From assembly GCA_025454915.1 (NCBI GenBank), contig JALONN010000010.1:12339-76338 (forward strand): DNA of 64,000 bases. Direction: 5' to 3'. The position numbers and the translations under genes were made by a program. Origin of the DNA: Raineya sp. Its GTDB lineage: Bacteria > Bacteroidota > Bacteroidia > Cytophagales > Thermonemataceae. The notes beneath the pieces are model-generated. The model was not told the DNA's origin and ran no database searches. It saw only the letters and a list, made by a program, of their open reading frames with translations. How positions within the stretch are numbered: position 1 is the first letter of the stretch; each line of letters begins with the position of its first letter. Positions 62,476-64,000 of this stretch are shown here, one piece after another.

Positions 62476-63519
62476 TTAAAATTCATCTACTTTCCAATAA
62501 ATAATCTTGGTATCTACAAATTGCCCTGAAAGTAAAAACACTCTTATAGATGCATCTGTATTGGTTAGTTTTTTCGTATCAGATGTTAAATTTGATGGCA
62601 ATGTTTTTTGAAATACATTTGTCAAATCATCGGTAGGGTTTTCAATAGTTACTTCTCCACTAGATGGAGCTAACCTAATAATCATATTGATTTTTTGCCC
62701 GATGAATGTATTGCTAAACTTATAAGTTCTAGTACCTATTGCTGTTAAGAATGGATTAGGGCTTACTAAGTTTTCATGCCTTCCCAATAAATCAATTGTA
62801 GAGTTTGCTGTTGGGCTGTAATTGACATTATTAGATTTTACCTGATTATAAGGAGCAATAAAGTTTTCAGAAGAAAGTAAATTTGCTGTAGTTTGGGCGT
62901 TTGTTGATTTAATTCCAGTTGTATCAAATGAAATCATCAAGGAATTATCAAAATAAAACCCTATCGTGTTTTTCCTTAAAAGAATATCAATCTTTTTATT
63001 CGTTACAGTATTGCCTTCTTGCTCAAAATTCTGATCTATACTTATTTTAACATAAGGGTATTGACCATCATAACCATTTTCAATGGTGGCTTTATTTGTC
63101 CTGATAGATGCCGATAAATACTTTTTAATCTCAAACTCTTTTTTGGAACTTGTTTCTCCAAAAAGAATACTGGCTAGCGATTGCTGTAATTGTCCCTCAG
63201 TAGTAGATTCAGAACCATTTTTACTTACCTTTCTTGATACTTCCGCATTTTGGGTACTTTCTAGGTACACCCTGCCTCTTTTCGTATATCCTGCTGCCAC
63301 ATTATCGGCATTCAATGTTATGATTGAATCCGTTTTATTAACATGAGTATTTAGAACTGGTGGATTAAGATCAGTGCTTTTATCATTGCCAAGTAAAAAT
63401 ACTCCATTTATTATTTGAACAAGAGCGGTTCCAACTCTTGTGGCTGTATTTTCTCCATCTTCGATTGCATCTCTGATTTCTTCCAACAGTGGAAGAATAT
63501 CATTATATTCTGGCTTCAT
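62476..63519 (-). CDS. putative tail-fibre / distal baseplate protein of a phage-tail-like apparatus
   Basis: 347 aa, S/T/N-rich and beta-looking. Its start codon is 1 nt downstream of the upstream stop, so the two genes appear translationally coupled. No family motif recognised; the call rests on position and composition. Confidence 0.35.
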   Translation of the reverse strand: MKPEYNDILPLLEEIRDAIEDGENTATRVGTALVQIINGVFLLGNDKSTDLNPPVLNTHVNKTDSIITLNADNVAAGYTKRGRVYLESTQNAEVSRKVSKNGSESTTEGQLQQSLASILFGETSSKKEFEIKKYLSASIRTNKATIENGYDGQYPYVKISIDQNFEQEGNTVTNKKIDILLRKNTIGFYFDNSLMISFDTTGIKSTNAQTTANLLSSENFIAPYNQVKSNNVNYSPTANSTIDLLGRHENLVSPNPFLTAIGTRTYKFSNTFIGQKINMIIRLAPSSGEVTIENPTDDLTNVFQKTLPSNLTSDTKKLTNTDASIRVFLLSGQFVDTKIIYWKVDEF

Positions 63520-63520
63520 A

Positions 63521-64000
63521 TTATATACCTCCTATTATGTTTGCTTCAATGTTATCACTTGATAAAATTGGAAGGCTTGGCTCTTCCAAAACTAAGTTGC
63601 CATTATATTTATAAATTTTAAACTCCCAAGAATCCCCAAGAACATAAGAACCCGCATTGATTTTAAGAGAAATCTCGTTGGTATTGACTTGTTGAGTTAC
63701 ATTATAATTGCCAAAAAAAGCGTTGTTTCTGATTAGCTGATACTCTGTTGAAGAGGAGAAGATAATTTTCCAACTTACTGTATTTTGAGAACCTTCAAGA
63801 ATATCTACTTCCCAGTCCAATACCTTATTCGTAAGAGGTTTTGCGTATGGAATAGGATAAATTTTAATTAAATCGGAATAATCCACACCTTCAGCAGTTT
63901 CAATAGCTTGGTAAATATCTCCAATAGCTATTTTACCCTTTACCTTTACCTTTACCTTATTTTTATTTGAACCTAATGCTACTATGTTATTGATAGCATT
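63521..64000 (-). CDS. C-terminal part of a baseplate-wedge-like (gpJ/gp6-type) protein; gene continues right of the window
   Basis: The reverse strand is open from base 64000: NAINNIVALGSNKNKVKVKVKGKIAIGDIYQAIETAEGVDYSDLIKIYPIPY... The track shows only the part from an internal GTG (63886). '..IYQAIETAEGVDY..' and the ending '..EEPSLPILSSDNIEANIIGGI' resemble baseplate J-like C-termini (weak). Confidence 0.35.
   Translation of the reverse strand, partial: NAINNIVALGSNKNKVKVKVKGKIAIGDIYQAIETAEGVDYSDLIKIYPIPYAKPLTNKVLDWEVDILEGSQNTVSWKIIFSSSTEYQLIRNNAFFGNYNVTQQVNTNEISLKINAGSYVLGDSWEFKIYKYNGNLVLEEPSLPILSSDNIEANIIGGI

Noticed and set aside
1-64000. A search by eye for tRNA/rRNA genes, CRISPR repeats, transposases, integrases, reverse transcriptases and obvious toxin-antitoxin pairs.
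   Set aside because: None was recognised. The intergenic regions longer than 250 bp (494-855, 4380-4666, 9605-9908, 46098-46562, 47365-47766, 62220-62475) are AT-rich and show no cloverleaf-like or array-like structure that I could see. A covariance-model scan (tRNAscan-SE/Infernal) would be needed to exclude small RNAs.

Overview
AT-rich Bacteroidota-type chromosomal segment. The Cytophagia/Flexibacter-like assignment is an inference from gene content only. I recognised no rRNA, tRNA, CRISPR array, transposase or integrase.

**About 1-46 kb: housekeeping backbone.** It carries a TonB-dependent receptor fragment, DUF4159, DUF1015, tpiA, an FtsW/RodA-family SEDS gene, coaE, pdhB, a macro-domain protein, MgtC, ccoG-fixH accessory genes, dnaX, Fe/Mn SOD, mnmA, patatin, a ComEA-like gene, a TPR-PP2C phosphatase, TlpA, an M14 peptidase and cryptochrome DASH. 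Small accessory insertions interrupt it:
- a same-strand array of orphan SUKH/SMI1-KNR4-like 'immunity-type' genes with one decaying member (4.6-9.6 kb)
- a Ras-like GTPase module packed directly behind the SEDS gene (13.4-15.2 kb)
- an Imm49-like gene bracketed by a duplicated terminator (18.7-19.7 kb)
- a signal-less LRR protein (28.9-30.7 kb)
- an AbiC-like abortive-infection-type gene (36.3-37.6 kb)

dnaX is split at an A10 tract. The zero frame gives a gamma-length product, and the -1 frame carries the whole tau C-terminus.

**47.6-64 kb: the most interesting part.** I read it as the cargo/accessory arm of a phage-tail-like contractile injection system (eCIS / T6SS-iv type). Its structural operon enters from the right edge as a baseplate-like partial ORF plus a fibre-like ORF on the minus strand. 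The arm contains:
- a WG-repeat protein
- an anthrax-lethal-factor/PPEP-like HExxH protease with a large insertion
- an Afp15/Pvc15-type AAA+ ATPase
- a 2014-aa cysteine-poor orphan protein with no export signal
- two recently duplicated ankyrin-like paralogs, one of which has acquired an LRR module

The duplication also copied the first 21-22 codons of the giant gene onto the second paralog. That suggests a portable N-terminal leader.
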